DNA of 64,000 bases from a virus, in the IMG/VR virus record IMGVR_UViG_3300048924_000586, positions 5,776-69,775 of that record; one strand, written 5' to 3'. Shown one piece after another: positions 47,765 through 57,328 of this stretch (position 1 is the first letter of the stretch; each line of letters opens with the position of its first letter). The notes beneath the pieces were generated by a model. The model saw only the letters and a list, made by a program, of their open reading frames with translations. It was not told the origin of the DNA and ran no database searches. The translations under genes and the position numbers were made by a program.

Positions 47765-48922
47765 ATGCACCCGCGTATTGAGGTTACGGTCGACGGCACA
47801 CCGGTGGCAGGCGCTTTCTATGAGCGTCTTGTTTCCATAACGGTGACGGACAAGGAAGGGGCTCAGGCCGACACTGTCGACATCGAGTTGAACGATGGGC
47901 CGCCGAACTTCCTTGCCTTGCCACGCACCGGCGCCATCATAGATGTGCGGCTCGGCTACGGGCAGATGAGAAGCCTCGGCAAGTTCACTGTCGACAAGGT
48001 CACTCCCAAGTGCCTGCCCTATAGTATGTCGATCTCTGGTAAGTCCGCCGACCTTCGCAGCAAGAAGCTCAAGGAGAGGCAGGAGCGCCACTGGGATAAG
48101 AAAAAGGTGAAGGACATCGTTGACGAGGTCGCAAAAGAGAGCGGCCTCGAAGCCTCGGTGGATGCGGAGATCGGTGACCACGAATATGAGTGGTTCTCAC
48201 AGCAGGACGAATCCAACATCCACTTTCTGCGGCGGCTGGCAGAACGGCATAATGCCCTTTTCTCAGTGAAGCAGGGTAGGGTGATCTTCTCGAAGCAAGG
48301 CTCCGGCAATTCAGCGTCCGGCCAGTTTATCGGCTCGGTCGTTGTTTCGCCTTCGAAGATCATCCAAGGCACTTGTAGTTTCGAGGCCAACGACCGCACC
48401 AAGTATTCGAAGGTCGTCGCCTACTATCAGGACAGCGACAAGGCACAGCGCGTCGAGATCGAGGCAGATGGTGATGCAGATGGCGATAGCGTCTTCCGCA
48501 TTCCAGAGCCGTTCGCCAGCGTCAAGGAGGCAGACAAAGCCGCCCAGTCGAAGGCGAAAGCCCTCAAGCGAGGCGAGGGGGCTGCATCAGTCACCGTGGT
48601 CGGTGATACGGCCATCATCGCAGGAGCTCCGCTCCTCTTTGAGGATGTGAGGCCGGGCCTCGACGGCGTCCCTTACGTCATCGACACGGCGACCCACACC
48701 TACCGGAAGACCGAAGGTTATCGCACGGCAATCAGCGCGAAGCTGTACGATGGAAAGTCTGGCGGGAGCAAGAAGTCGGCCGCTAACGACAACGATCCGG
48801 ACAGCACCTCGGAGACCAGCAAGTCGGAAGACAAGGTCGCACCAAATGCGCCCGCAGGAACGCCGGCTACCCCATCTGAATGGACGGGGCAGCGACGTTA
48901 CGGTCGAACGGACGAGAACTAG
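47765..48922 (+). CDS. Late control/baseplate hub gpD-like protein
   Basis: TDKEG.QAD, LGY, Q.DES..HFL.RLA; tail with AANDN. Confidence 0.92.
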   Translation: MHPRIEVTVDGTPVAGAFYERLVSITVTDKEGAQADTVDIELNDGPPNFLALPRTGAIIDVRLGYGQMRSLGKFTVDKVTPKCLPYSMSISGKSADLRSKKLKERQERHWDKKKVKDIVDEVAKESGLEASVDAEIGDHEYEWFSQQDESNIHFLRRLAERHNALFSVKQGRVIFSKQGSGNSASGQFIGSVVVSPSKIIQGTCSFEANDRTKYSKVVAYYQDSDKAQRVEIEADGDADGDSVFRIPEPFASVKEADKAAQSKAKALKRGEGAASVTVVGDTAIIAGAPLLFEDVRPGLDGVPYVIDTATHTYRKTEGYRTAISAKLYDGKSGGSKKSAANDNDPDSTSETSKSEDKVAPNAPAGTPATPSEWTGQRRYGRTDEN

Positions 48923-49062
48923 TTGGCGAGTTGCGGCTCGAGTTCGTCATTCGCGGGCTCGTCAAACACCGGCGTTTCCGCCAGCTCGCGGAGCGTAGCG
49001 GCTAAAGCTGCCAATTGCTGCGCGATTTCGCTGATCGATAGCGCGGCGAGATCTTCATTCAT
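48919..49062 (-). CDS. 47-aa antisense peptide ending PANDELEPQLAN
   Basis: AGGAGG RBS before ATG at 49062; amphipathic helix. Confidence 0.55.
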   Translation of the reverse strand: MNEDLAALSISEIAQQLAALAATLRELAETPVFDEPANDELEPQLAN

Positions 49063-49148
49063 TGCGTCCTCCTGACTCTTTGGCAGGACGCAAAACAATC
49101 TGCCGACCGCCAAGATAGGCCGGCTCTCCCTAAAATCAAAGGGGTATC

Positions 49149-49361
49149 ATGAAACTCCTTCCAGACTGGCGCGCCGTGATCGGTCGCGCTTGGTCGTTGC
49201 GGCTTATTGAGATCGCAGCAGCCGACGACATCATCCTGAACGTCGTGCCCTTCGTGTCTGACTGGCTGCCATGGTGGCTCACCATCGCACTGCTTGCAGC
49301 AGCTTGGGGCGCGCGCATTCTTTCCCAGCCCGAAAAGGAGCCGGCGAATGCCGATCAATAA
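49149..49361 (+). CDS. Holin
   Basis: MKL..DWR.V..RAWS, TM segments, ARI..Q; precedes lysozyme. Confidence 0.75.
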   Translation: MKLLPDWRAVIGRAWSLRLIEIAAADDIILNVVPFVSDWLPWWLTIALLAAAWGARILSQPEKEPANADQ

Positions 49362-49923
49362 AATCCTGCCCTCCAAGCGGGCAAAAAGCGCTATTGCCGC
49401 TGTCATGGCTGCGGTCATGGTGGGTACCGCCTCCCTGCTGCCCAGCGGCACGCCAGCGCCTGTCACCCTCGCGGTCGACCACCTCATCAAGCCGTGGGAA
49501 GGCCTGCACACGCGTGCCTACCTTGATATCGTGAAGGTCCCAACGATCTGCTACGGCGAGACCAAGGGCGTGAAACTAGGCCAGACAAAGACGGTGGCGC
49601 AATGCGAAAGCATGCTCATCACACGCGTCACCGACGACTATTACCAGCCGCTTACAAAGTGCATCGCAGGATTCACCAAGATGCCGGTGAGCGTGCAGGC
49701 GTCCATGATCTCCGGCGCCTACAACTTCGGCGTCGGCGGGATGTGTAGTTCGTCTGCTGCCCGCCTTGCGAAGGCTGGCCAGTATCAAGCGGCATGCGAA
49801 GCGCAGACCGCGTGGAACAAGGCCGGCGGTCGCATCGTCAATGGTCTCGTTAAGCGCCGTGAAATGGGTGATGCGCAGCGGATCGGCGAAGCTGAGCTGT
49901 GTGTGTCTGGTCTGCCGAAATGA
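49348..49923 (+). CDS. Endolysin (GH24 lysozyme, SAR-like N-terminus)
   Basis: WEG....AYLD...VPTICYGET, AYNFG, GLVKRR. Confidence 0.95.
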   Translation: MPINKILPSKRAKSAIAAVMAAVMVGTASLLPSGTPAPVTLAVDHLIKPWEGLHTRAYLDIVKVPTICYGETKGVKLGQTKTVAQCESMLITRVTDDYYQPLTKCIAGFTKMPVSVQASMISGAYNFGVGGMCSSSAARLAKAGQYQAACEAQTAWNKAGGRIVNGLVKRREMGDAQRIGEAELCVSGLPK

Positions 49924-50318
49924 TCGGAGCGTTTGCGAAGCTGCTGGGCGTCGATGCCTGGCTTGTGAAGGCCGGTGCGGCATTGCTCGTCGGCCTATCG
50001 CTCATGGCGGGCGCGTGGTGGGTTCACGGCAGGATCTACGACGACGGCTACCAGACGGCCTCGGCCAAGTACGAGGCGCAGATTGCTGCCGACGCGCTCC
50101 AGCGAGCCGAGGCGAGCCTGAACGAACAACGTAGGCAGGCCATCGCCAACAATGCCGCTAAGCAGCGCGAGGCGGAAGCCATCGCCACCCTTGAGGCTCA
50201 GGAAGCCGAGAACCTCGAACTACGTAGGAGGCTGGCCAGTGAAGCTCAGCAAGATCCTGACGCTGGCCGCCCTAGCCTTGGCTCTGGCAGCGTGCAGCGT
50301 ATCAACCAAGTCCGCTAG
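49920..50318 (+). CDS. i-spanin (Rz-like)
   Basis: N-terminal TM followed by coiled coil, after the endolysin. Confidence 0.75.
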   Translation: MIGAFAKLLGVDAWLVKAGAALLVGLSLMAGAWWVHGRIYDDGYQTASAKYEAQIAADALQRAEASLNEQRRQAIANNAAKQREAEAIATLEAQEAENLELRRRLASEAQQDPDAGRPSLGSGSVQRINQVR

Positions 50319-50538
50319 TATCGTGCCACCGGTGGCGCCGGTGATCGCGCGGCCAGACAGCAGCTTACTGAAGGTCTGCGGCTTGCCCGTCGATATTGGT
50401 AAAGGCGCGCTCAGTCAGGCGCAAGTCGAGGATCTCTGGATCTCGGACCGGGCGGCACTATTGACGTGTTACCGGCGCCACACGGCGCTCCGCAATTTCA
50501 TCATAGACCGCGATAACGCATTGAGAGGTAGCCAGTGA
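50239..50538 (+). CDS. o-spanin (Rz1-like lipoprotein)
   Basis: Overlaps the Rz 3' end; lipobox LAAC; Pro-rich. Confidence 0.8.
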   Translation: MKLSKILTLAALALALAACSVSTKSASIVPPVAPVIARPDSSLLKVCGLPVDIGKGALSQAQVEDLWISDRAALLTCYRRHTALRNFIIDRDNALRGSQ

Positions 50539-50876
50539 CCGGCTCTGAAATCATGGCCGTAGTCGGCTTTTTTGTAATGGTGTCCGGTGCCCTTTGGGGC
50601 ATCTGGTGGCGCATCGAAGGCAGGGTGAAAGAGGCCAAAGATTCGGCCGTCGGTACCGCTACTGCTGCGCAGGCACTTGCTAACCTTGCTCGCGACGAGC
50701 TGGCCGCACATCGCCTGCATGTCGCCGAGACATACATTACCAAGGCTGGCATGCGCGAAACCACCGAGCAGCTCATGGAAGCCATCAGCGGCGTCAAGAG
50801 CGCCGTCGACGGCATGACGCTTCGCATCGACCGGGTGGTCGAAGGCCAGCCTCGTCGATCCACCACTCGTACTTAA
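50535..50876 (+). CDS. Membrane-anchored hypothetical protein
   Basis: N-terminal TM; LHVAETY.TK coiled coil. Confidence 0.7.
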   Translation: MTGSEIMAVVGFFVMVSGALWGIWWRIEGRVKEAKDSAVGTATAAQALANLARDELAAHRLHVAETYITKAGMRETTEQLMEAISGVKSAVDGMTLRIDRVVEGQPRRSTTRT

Positions 50877-50888
50877 GGAAGCTGAAAC

Positions 50889-51206
50889 ATGGCTTTTTCA
50901 GGCGTTCACGTAGTGTGCGCATATGCCGGTTCTCTGGCATTCCAGCGCGCCCCCACACAGCCGATCATCGGCAAGGTCAATTGGTCTGAATCGGTATCGT
51001 CCGGCTCCATGACCGCCAACTCCGCTCCCGGCCTTCACGGCGCGGCCGGGCAGCCTATCTTCCGCATTCGCTCCTCTGCGGAGGTGTGGGTGTCGGTCGG
51101 ACCTCAACCGGACCCGGTCGGCGGCAAGCGGTTCATCGTTCCTGCTGGTGTTGACTACGACGTTTACGTCGATGTTGGTGACCGCCTTGCTTGGACGTCC
51201 GCTTGA
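50889..51206 (+). CDS. Hypothetical phage protein
   Basis: RBS; beta-rich. Confidence 0.7.
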   Translation: MAFSGVHVVCAYAGSLAFQRAPTQPIIGKVNWSESVSSGSMTANSAPGLHGAAGQPIFRIRSSAEVWVSVGPQPDPVGGKRFIVPAGVDYDVYVDVGDRLAWTSA

Positions 51207-52525
51207 TGAGTGGCTTGCGAGGGCTAGGCAGTGGGCCGAGAGCACTGACTGATCGCAATGTCAGGATGAGCGGCGCGGAGGCAGTGAATAAGCTGCTCCG
51301 CGCATTCCGAAAGGCGGAAGACAACAACCCGTACCAGTTGCCGGAGATGGCGAACCCGCCGACGGTTGCTGTATCTGCGACGACAGACGCCGCTCTTGCC
51401 GCATCTGTCGCGCTTGCGACGGCTAACGCCCTGACCGCCGCGGCATCCAAGGTGGCTTGGTATGGCGGCGTTCCTGCCGTTATCGCGAACACCTTCGTGG
51501 GCATGCCGGTGGTTAGCAACTTGCCGGCCAACGGCAATCTTGCTTCGCTTGCAAATGCCAATGTGACGGCCGACCTGTCGATGTATAATCACGCCGCCGA
51601 GATCATGACCGACGCGGACGTTGTTGAATTCTCGATCTACTGCAGAACCGACCGGAAGGTCATGTTCCAGGTCGATGGACAGTATGTCAGCAAGGCCGGC
51701 CATCTCGGCGTGACGGCGAGCAACAGCTACAACTTTTTCAAGTTGACGTTCGCGAGTAAGCGGCCGCGCCGAATTCGCATCCTGATGTCGAACATGTCAG
51801 AAGCCGCTAGTTCTCCCACCATGCTCTCGGCGATCCGATTGGCTGCGTTGTCGGCATTTTGGAAGCCAGATCAGTCCGGCGTGCTACGCCTTGGCTGCTA
51901 TACTGACAGCTACGGCATGGGCGGCGGTATCCAGACCAATTGGGACACTCCCAACGCTGCATTCACCACACTCGCTGGTGAGCTGTTGGGAATGCGAGAT
52001 GTGCGGCAGCTATCGCAGTTCGGCACGGGATACGTCGCTACTGGCTCAGGTCGGTCGAAGTTACTCGCACAGATCCCCCGATCTATCTCGCAGCAGGGAC
52101 CTTGGGACCTGATACTCGTCGCTCACGGCTACAACGATGCGGCGCAAGCGCCAGCGACTATTCAGGCTGAAGCTCTTGCCGCTTTACGACTGATCCGTGA
52201 GGGTGCGCCAAACGTGCCGATCGTCGTAGTTGGGCCGTGGGGAGGCAGGACAGGGCCAAGCGCGGCAGTTGTTGGCGTCGAGAACGCTATCAGTGCTGCG
52301 GTCACTGCCTTGGCCGATCCGCTCTGCAGGTTTGCGCCAAACAGTACGGCCGCGCAGCCCTTTCTGTTTGGGACGGGCTACCAAGGCGCGACCAACGCCA
52401 GCGGCAACAGCGACATCTACATCGGCACGGACGGCACGCATTTCACACCGATCGTCGGTCACGAATACGGTGCATATCGTGTCGCGAGCGCAGTGCGAGA
52501 CGCTGTTGAGGCTATGTTGAAATAA
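51206..52525 (+). CDS. SGNH/GDSL hydrolase-domain protein
   Basis: TDSY (block I variant), GTGY, GYND, DGTH. Confidence 0.85.
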   Translation: MSGLRGLGSGPRALTDRNVRMSGAEAVNKLLRAFRKAEDNNPYQLPEMANPPTVAVSATTDAALAASVALATANALTAAASKVAWYGGVPAVIANTFVGMPVVSNLPANGNLASLANANVTADLSMYNHAAEIMTDADVVEFSIYCRTDRKVMFQVDGQYVSKAGHLGVTASNSYNFFKLTFASKRPRRIRILMSNMSEAASSPTMLSAIRLAALSAFWKPDQSGVLRLGCYTDSYGMGGGIQTNWDTPNAAFTTLAGELLGMRDVRQLSQFGTGYVATGSGRSKLLAQIPRSISQQGPWDLILVAHGYNDAAQAPATIQAEALAALRLIREGAPNVPIVVVGPWGGRTGPSAAVVGVENAISAAVTALADPLCRFAPNSTAAQPFLFGTGYQGATNASGNSDIYIGTDGTHFTPIVGHEYGAYRVASAVRDAVEAMLK

Positions 52526-52581
52526 GGGATTCCCTCGCGGAATCTCACGGTGTATGCTGCTAGCCAGCGGACCAAGTTTGA

Positions 52582-52622
52582 ACGCCCTCTGCCTATCGGT
52601 GGAGGGCGTTTTTTCGTTTTTA
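52582..52622 (+). terminator. Intrinsic terminator ending the late operon
   Basis: AACGCCCTCT..GGAGGGCGTTTTTT. Confidence 0.8.
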
Positions 52623-52991
52623 CTGCGGAAAGTCTTTCGAGGCTTTTGCTGTCGCCAGCGTCTTGCCGCTTGCATCTAGAGCCTTGACCGTAAAGCGATA
52701 AGTGTGACGCATCGGCGGGCATGGACCCTTGTAACGAAATGCGCCGTACGGAAGGGACTGCTGGCCTTTGAAGTCGACCTTTCCGCCTCCATGATCAAAA
52801 CTCATCGCGTCCGTGTCGACCATTTTGATGTCGAGTTTCGCTGTCCCGGCCGGAACGCCTGACAGAGAGATTGGAGGCGATTTAGAGTCGAAGCATTTCT
52901 TCGTCGGACCCCATTCGAAAGATGCCTGCATATCGGCAAGGGCCACGGTGGTGAGTGACAATGAAAACAATACGGTAAGGGCGATTCTCAT
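52620..52991 (-). CDS. Exported YbhB/YbcL (PEBP-like) protein
   Basis: Signal peptide; SPP...GVP.GT, M.D.D, Y.GPCPP..H.Y.F.V.ALD. Confidence 0.85.
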   Translation of the reverse strand: MRIALTVLFSLSLTTVALADMQASFEWGPTKKCFDSKSPPISLSGVPAGTAKLDIKMVDTDAMSFDHGGGKVDFKGQQSLPYGAFRYKGPCPPMRHTYRFTVKALDASGKTLATAKASKDFPQ

Positions 52992-53080
52992 GTGGATCTC
53001 GTATGTTGTTGGCAGCGCCACTTTATGGAGTGCATTCCAACTCACAAGTGTGTTTTCTCGTTTCACCCAATAAAGGTGTG

Positions 53081-53290
53081 TCAAGGTAGGCCGATGCTAT
53101 CCGCAAGCTCTGCTGCCTCGTTCCGCACGGTACCGCGTTTGTAAGGATAGTGGTCATAGCACCACCATTTTGGTTCATCGTGCCCATGGCGAAAGCCCCA
53201 GCCGCCCCACTTGCCGCAGCCTTCCACGATGCAGAAGTGAATATACGGTCCGGCCCCGTCCAATTGGGCTGTACGGCTTTCGTCGCTCAT
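53081..53290 (-). CDS. Small Cys/His protein in the SOS moron
   Basis: HFC.VEGCGKWG.WGF, WWC..H; coupled to the upstream gene. Confidence 0.65.
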   Translation of the reverse strand: MSDESRTAQLDGAGPYIHFCIVEGCGKWGGWGFRHGHDEPKWWCYDHYPYKRGTVRNEAAELADSIGLP

Positions 53291-53541
53291 TTTCCTGACT
53301 CGATGAGAATGTTGGCTTTCAATAGACAAGGGAACCGAGCTTCGCATTGATCGGTTCCGCGGCGGTCGCAGCCGATGGCCATTATGCGGCGAAGTTCGAC
53401 GAATTCTGTTTCGGCACCGAGCTTTCTAACCAGTTGTTTGTGGTCATAGACGCCGTGGCGGTCGCACCGGTGGCAGACCATTTCAATCTTGTCGCCGCGG
53501 AAGTCCCGCAGTTTGGGAAGGCTCAAAGTGCTGCCCTCCAT
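53287..53541 (-). CDS. Small Zn-binding protein in the SOS moron
   Basis: CHRCDR.G.Y, two further Cys. Confidence 0.65.
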   Translation of the reverse strand: MEGSTLSLPKLRDFRGDKIEMVCHRCDRHGVYDHKQLVRKLGAETEFVELRRIMAIGCDRRGTDQCEARFPCLLKANILIESGK

Positions 53542-54254
53542 GGGTCTTCTCGTTCTTCGATAGATGTCATGTGGCCTGTTGCGTTGGACGCGTTTACCTC
53601 AACGTCAAAACTCTCAGCTGCGCGAACACGCATGAGCTCAAGAAACCAGCGGGGCCGACCAATGCCGGGAACGGGTAGGGGTTCAGAAGGAAGGGGTGAC
53701 ACCCGCCATCTCGTCATCGAGGCGGTCGGGCTTCCGAAGTCTGTGGCTTCTTGCTGGCGTCGCCACCGACGAATGATAAGCCCGGTTGCTCCAGACTGCT
53801 CTGCGGCGAGTTGGAAGCGTCGGCTGGCTACCATCGGCAGGCGCACGAGTTCGGCGACAACAACTGCCACGCCGCGATACCGCAGGCCTTCCTCGGCGCA
53901 TTCAATCACGCCTTCTTCATCTTTGGATTCGACGAAAATCACGCGGTCCATGCTGAGGCCGACCTGCACCAAGGATGGCGCGAAAAGATCGGTGCGAGTT
54001 AGACACCATATCACCGGGCCGGGTATCCGCGCTGCTATCCCTGCCGTAAACAGCGCCGACACTGCCCCGGACACTACATCGGTTCCGCCGCCCGCAATCT
54101 CGTGCGTTGCTCCGAGCGCCAATCCGCCGCCAGGCAACCGGCTATCAATTTCGGGCACTCCGAAAGGGACCATTTGGCGCTGACGCACAGCTCCGCCGGC
54201 GATCTGGTCGATGCGCTCCTGTAGATCTGCGATGACGGTGCGATTAATTCTCAT
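53523..54254 (-). CDS. imuA: ImuA (RecA-like SOS mutagenesis protein)
   Basis: FGVPEIDSRLPGGGL..G..HE, DLFAP, EEGLR, SRR.QLAAE, TRWRV. Confidence 0.92.
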   Translation of the reverse strand: MRINRTVIADLQERIDQIAGGAVRQRQMVPFGVPEIDSRLPGGGLALGATHEIAGGGTDVVSGAVSALFTAGIAARIPGPVIWCLTRTDLFAPSLVQVGLSMDRVIFVESKDEEGVIECAEEGLRYRGVAVVVAELVRLPMVASRRFQLAAEQSGATGLIIRRWRRQQEATDFGSPTASMTRWRVSPLPSEPLPVPGIGRPRWFLELMRVRAAESFDVEVNASNATGHMTSIEEREDPWRAAL

Positions 54255-54273
54255 GATCTCACAATAGGTTTTT

Positions 54274-54288
54274 GTTCCTATTATGTTC
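54274..54288. promoter_or_regulatory. Alphaproteobacterial LexA box
   Basis: GTTC-CTATTAT-GTTC (GTTC-N7-GTTC) 20 bp upstream of imuA. Confidence 0.88.
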
Positions 54289-54557
54289 TCATTGATAGTA
54301 GAGTCAACGGCCTGTGAGCGGTGACCGCGTAGCCAACTGAAACTGCTAATTTATATATTCAGTTGGGGTTGTGGACAGACGGTGGATAATCCAATCCGGG
54401 TTGTCGATATGTTCAGCAGTAGACCAAGAGTGTTCTAAACGCACAAAGCCCCGCGCATGTCGGTACGCGGGGCAATGGCGCTGCCAGCTGACGCATCGTC
54501 AAGATCAACCGGCGCAACTTCAAAACCATGATCGTCCCCATACGTTCCGAGATTATT

Positions 54558-54806
54558 TTACTTTTGCTTCAGGCGATTCACCGTCTCTAGGATTTGCCTG
54601 AGTTCCTCGTCTGCGCCCATGCCGAGTGCCAAATTTTCTGCGACCTCGACAACAGCTGCTAGGGTTTCGGCCTCTGTCCAGCCGGCTTTCATCGCGTCGG
54701 CAATAAGCTCCTGCAACTGGCCTTCGATCGCCTCCTGACATTCGATGAAGCGGTCGGAAGAATTCGCGCGGGGTTTATCCGTGCCGCCTAACGAACTCAA
54801 CCGCAA
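54558..54806 (-). CDS. Small hypothetical protein (start uncertain)
   Basis: DRFIECQEAIE..AGW...E..AA; possible TTG start after GAGGGG. Confidence 0.5.
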   Translation of the reverse strand: MRLSSLGGTDKPRANSSDRFIECQEAIEGQLQELIADAMKAGWTEAETLAAVVEVAENLALGMGADEELRQILETVNRLKQK

Positions 54807-54831
54807 GCAGTTCCCCTCAGCATCACAAATC

Positions 54832-54860
54832 TTGACAAATTTGTAAATATATTGTAGTGG
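54832..54860 (+). promoter_or_regulatory. Operator/promoter of the distal early operon
   Basis: TTGACAAATTTGTAAA (54832-54847) identical to 2501 and 12433. Confidence 0.75.
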
Positions 54861-54908
54861 TAGTTCATTGGCCTCACCAGCCAAATTCACCACACAGAGG
54901 AGGCCGTC

Positions 54909-55565
54909 ATGACCAGGTTCAGACGCATTGCGTTCGCATCCGTCGCTGTCGCACTCAGCAGCGTCGCCTACTTCGCCGCCCCTACAGTTGCGGCCTATAC
55001 CGAAAAGTTCACCGCCGCGCCGGTTACAGCCGCCGCGACGGTCAAAGTCGTTACAAAAACCGGCCACGGCTCGGGTGTGCACATCGGCACAGGATTTGTT
55101 CTGACTGCTGCGCACGTCGCCCGCGACGTGAAGTCGGTGCAATTGGTGACTAAGGATGGTCAGTCACGCCAAGCCGACGTCCTGTGGATCAACAATGAAT
55201 ACGACATCGCGCTGCTGCGCACGTCGCCCGCGACGTTGCCTGCCGCTCACCTGGACTGCGGTCGTATGGATGTCGGGGCGGTCATCGAGGCAATGGGCAA
55301 TCCTCTGGTCGTCGACTTTGTCTCAGCCTACGGCAAGATCGCCGGCGACACTCGGACGCAAGGTCCTTGGAAGTCGGTCTATGTCACCGACATAACGACT
55401 GTGAAGGGCATGAGCGGTGGCCCGGTATTCTCGTCGTCTGGCGATGTCGTCGGCATCACCGTAGGCCTGCTGTCTGACGCTACCGGGCTGATCCCGATCG
55501 GCGTGCGATTTGGTTTCGTCGTTCCGTCGTCAGATGTCTGCGCGCTTTTGGGGCGGGTGTCTTGA
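54909..55565 (+). CDS. Exported trypsin-like serine protease
   Basis: Signal peptide; GSG, LTAAHV, DIALL, GMSGGP. Confidence 0.92.
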   Translation: MTRFRRIAFASVAVALSSVAYFAAPTVAAYTEKFTAAPVTAAATVKVVTKTGHGSGVHIGTGFVLTAAHVARDVKSVQLVTKDGQSRQADVLWINNEYDIALLRTSPATLPAAHLDCGRMDVGAVIEAMGNPLVVDFVSAYGKIAGDTRTQGPWKSVYVTDITTVKGMSGGPVFSSSGDVVGITVGLLSDATGLIPIGVRFGFVVPSSDVCALLGRVS

Positions 55566-55765
55566 TGCGCGAGTACAGGATAGTTCGCGACGGCTACGCC
55601 GGTTACGAGGTGCAGGTGCGCACAAAGTGGTGGCCCTTCTGGCGTCAACCGCTAACCAACACCCACTCGACGATTGAGGCCGCCGAGAGATGGGCGCGAA
55701 ATCACGCATCGAGCAAGACGGCCGGTGTTGCACGATTTCAGCCGAAGTACCTCGGCAGGCTCTAA
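55565..55765 (+). CDS. Small hypothetical protein
   Basis: Coupled start; YRIV..YEVQ..WWPFW. Confidence 0.65.
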   Translation: MREYRIVRDGYAGYEVQVRTKWWPFWRQPLTNTHSTIEAAERWARNHASSKTAGVARFQPKYLGRL

Positions 55766-55787
55766 CCACCACATAGAGGAGACTTCC

Positions 55788-56075
55788 ATGTCCGACCCAA
55801 TCGTCGTCGATATCGGCGCCGCAATGCAGACGCTCGAGGCCAATCCGGATCTCGCAGAGAAGATGGCAGGCCTTATGGGTCTAAAGGAGCGATATTACCT
55901 GTCGCCGGACAACGACGGCCACTGGTTTGTCGTCCCGATCACGAAGGCTTCCGAGTGGGGCGAGTGGAAGCGAATTCCCGCTGACGACGAGCGCGCGTGG
56001 ACGCCTCCGGATTTCGCAAAGCAGGTGGGCGGATCGCCTTGCCTCGTCACCTTCACCAACCCGGAGATTTCATGA
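55788..56075 (+). CDS. Hypothetical protein
   Basis: CCACCACATAGAGGAG leader. Confidence 0.7.
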   Translation: MSDPIVVDIGAAMQTLEANPDLAEKMAGLMGLKERYYLSPDNDGHWFVVPITKASEWGEWKRIPADDERAWTPPDFAKQVGGSPCLVTFTNPEIS

Positions 56076-57328
56076 AAACCAGCCCAGAAGAACTGCAGCG
56101 CAGAGCGGACGCCTATCGCGAGCACGGAACGCTCGTAAAGGCGGCCGCCGCGCTCGGCATCAAGAAGTCGGCACTGCACGACAGCATCAAGCGAGCCGCC
56201 GAGGTTGGTCTGCTCGGCACAAAGCCGGTGTTGCCAGGCTTCGCCATAAAGTCTATTGCGAGCAAGGACGGCGACGCATGGATCAAGCAGACGAAAGCTC
56301 CGGGTGAGGTGTTCGAGCTCCCCGTAGGCCAGGTTGTCAAAGGCGTGTCGGCTCTCGTTGATGGGCAGGGCAGGGAAGTCGCCAAGTGGATTAAGACGGC
56401 CGCAGACGCAGAAAACCAGCTTGCCGCAATGCGCGCCGCAGTCGAGGCCTTCAAGGAAGACATTCCTCGGGCTGAGCCGGTGGCGGCTCCGATCTATTTC
56501 GAGGACGATCTTCTCTGCCAATACACCATCACCGATGCCCACCTCGGCGCTCTTGCTTGGAATGAGGAGACTGGATCGGGAGATTACGACCTGTCGATCG
56601 GAGAGAAGCTCGTGATGGACTGGTTCGCGTCGGCTATCTCAGTAGCGCCGGCTGCTCGTCGTGCCGTGTTCGCGCAGCTCGGCGATTTCCTCCACTACGA
56701 TTCGTTCAAGAGCGTCACGCCAGAGCACGGTCACCTTCTGGACGGCGACACCCGCTATCCGAAAATGGTCCGTGCCGCGATCCGGATAGTCCGACGCGTC
56801 ATCGGTCTGCTGCTACTCAAGCACGAGCGCGTCGACATCATTATGGCCGATGCGAACCACGACCCCTCAAGTGAGGTCTGGCTGCGCGAGATGCTGGCTG
56901 CGTTCTATGAGGACGAGCCTCGCATCACCGTCGACACGAGCCCCGGCACCTACTCCATGATCGAGCATGGCGCCGTCACGCTCTTCTATCATCACGGTCA
57001 TCGCCGTGGCGTCGGCAACGTCGACTCGGTCTTCGTCGGGAAATTCCGAGAGGCATACGGCAGGACACGGTTCAGCTATGCGCACGTCGGCCATAAGCAC
57101 TCTGACGAACTCAAGACCACCAACCTCATGAAGGTCGAGCAGCACGAGACGCTCGCCGCGCCAGATGCCTACGCGGCGAATGGTGGCTGGCTTTCGGGTC
57201 GATCGGCAAAAGTCATCTTCTACCACAAGCAGGCTGGCGAGGTCGGTCGTAGCGTCATGACGCCGGAAATGGTTGCGGGCAAGTATGCAGCTGCCAACGA
57301 CAACGTGCCTGCGAAGGCGGCGGCGTGA
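56072..57328 (+). CDS. HTH plus calcineurin-like metallophosphoesterase
   Basis: TDAH.G, GDFLH, ANHD, HHGH, GHKH; ends AANDNVPAKAAA. Confidence 0.88.
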   Translation: MKTSPEELQRRADAYREHGTLVKAAAALGIKKSALHDSIKRAAEVGLLGTKPVLPGFAIKSIASKDGDAWIKQTKAPGEVFELPVGQVVKGVSALVDGQGREVAKWIKTAADAENQLAAMRAAVEAFKEDIPRAEPVAAPIYFEDDLLCQYTITDAHLGALAWNEETGSGDYDLSIGEKLVMDWFASAISVAPAARRAVFAQLGDFLHYDSFKSVTPEHGHLLDGDTRYPKMVRAAIRIVRRVIGLLLLKHERVDIIMADANHDPSSEVWLREMLAAFYEDEPRITVDTSPGTYSMIEHGAVTLFYHHGHRRGVGNVDSVFVGKFREAYGRTRFSYAHVGHKHSDELKTTNLMKVEQHETLAAPDAYAANGGWLSGRSAKVIFYHKQAGEVGRSVMTPEMVAGKYAAANDNVPAKAAA

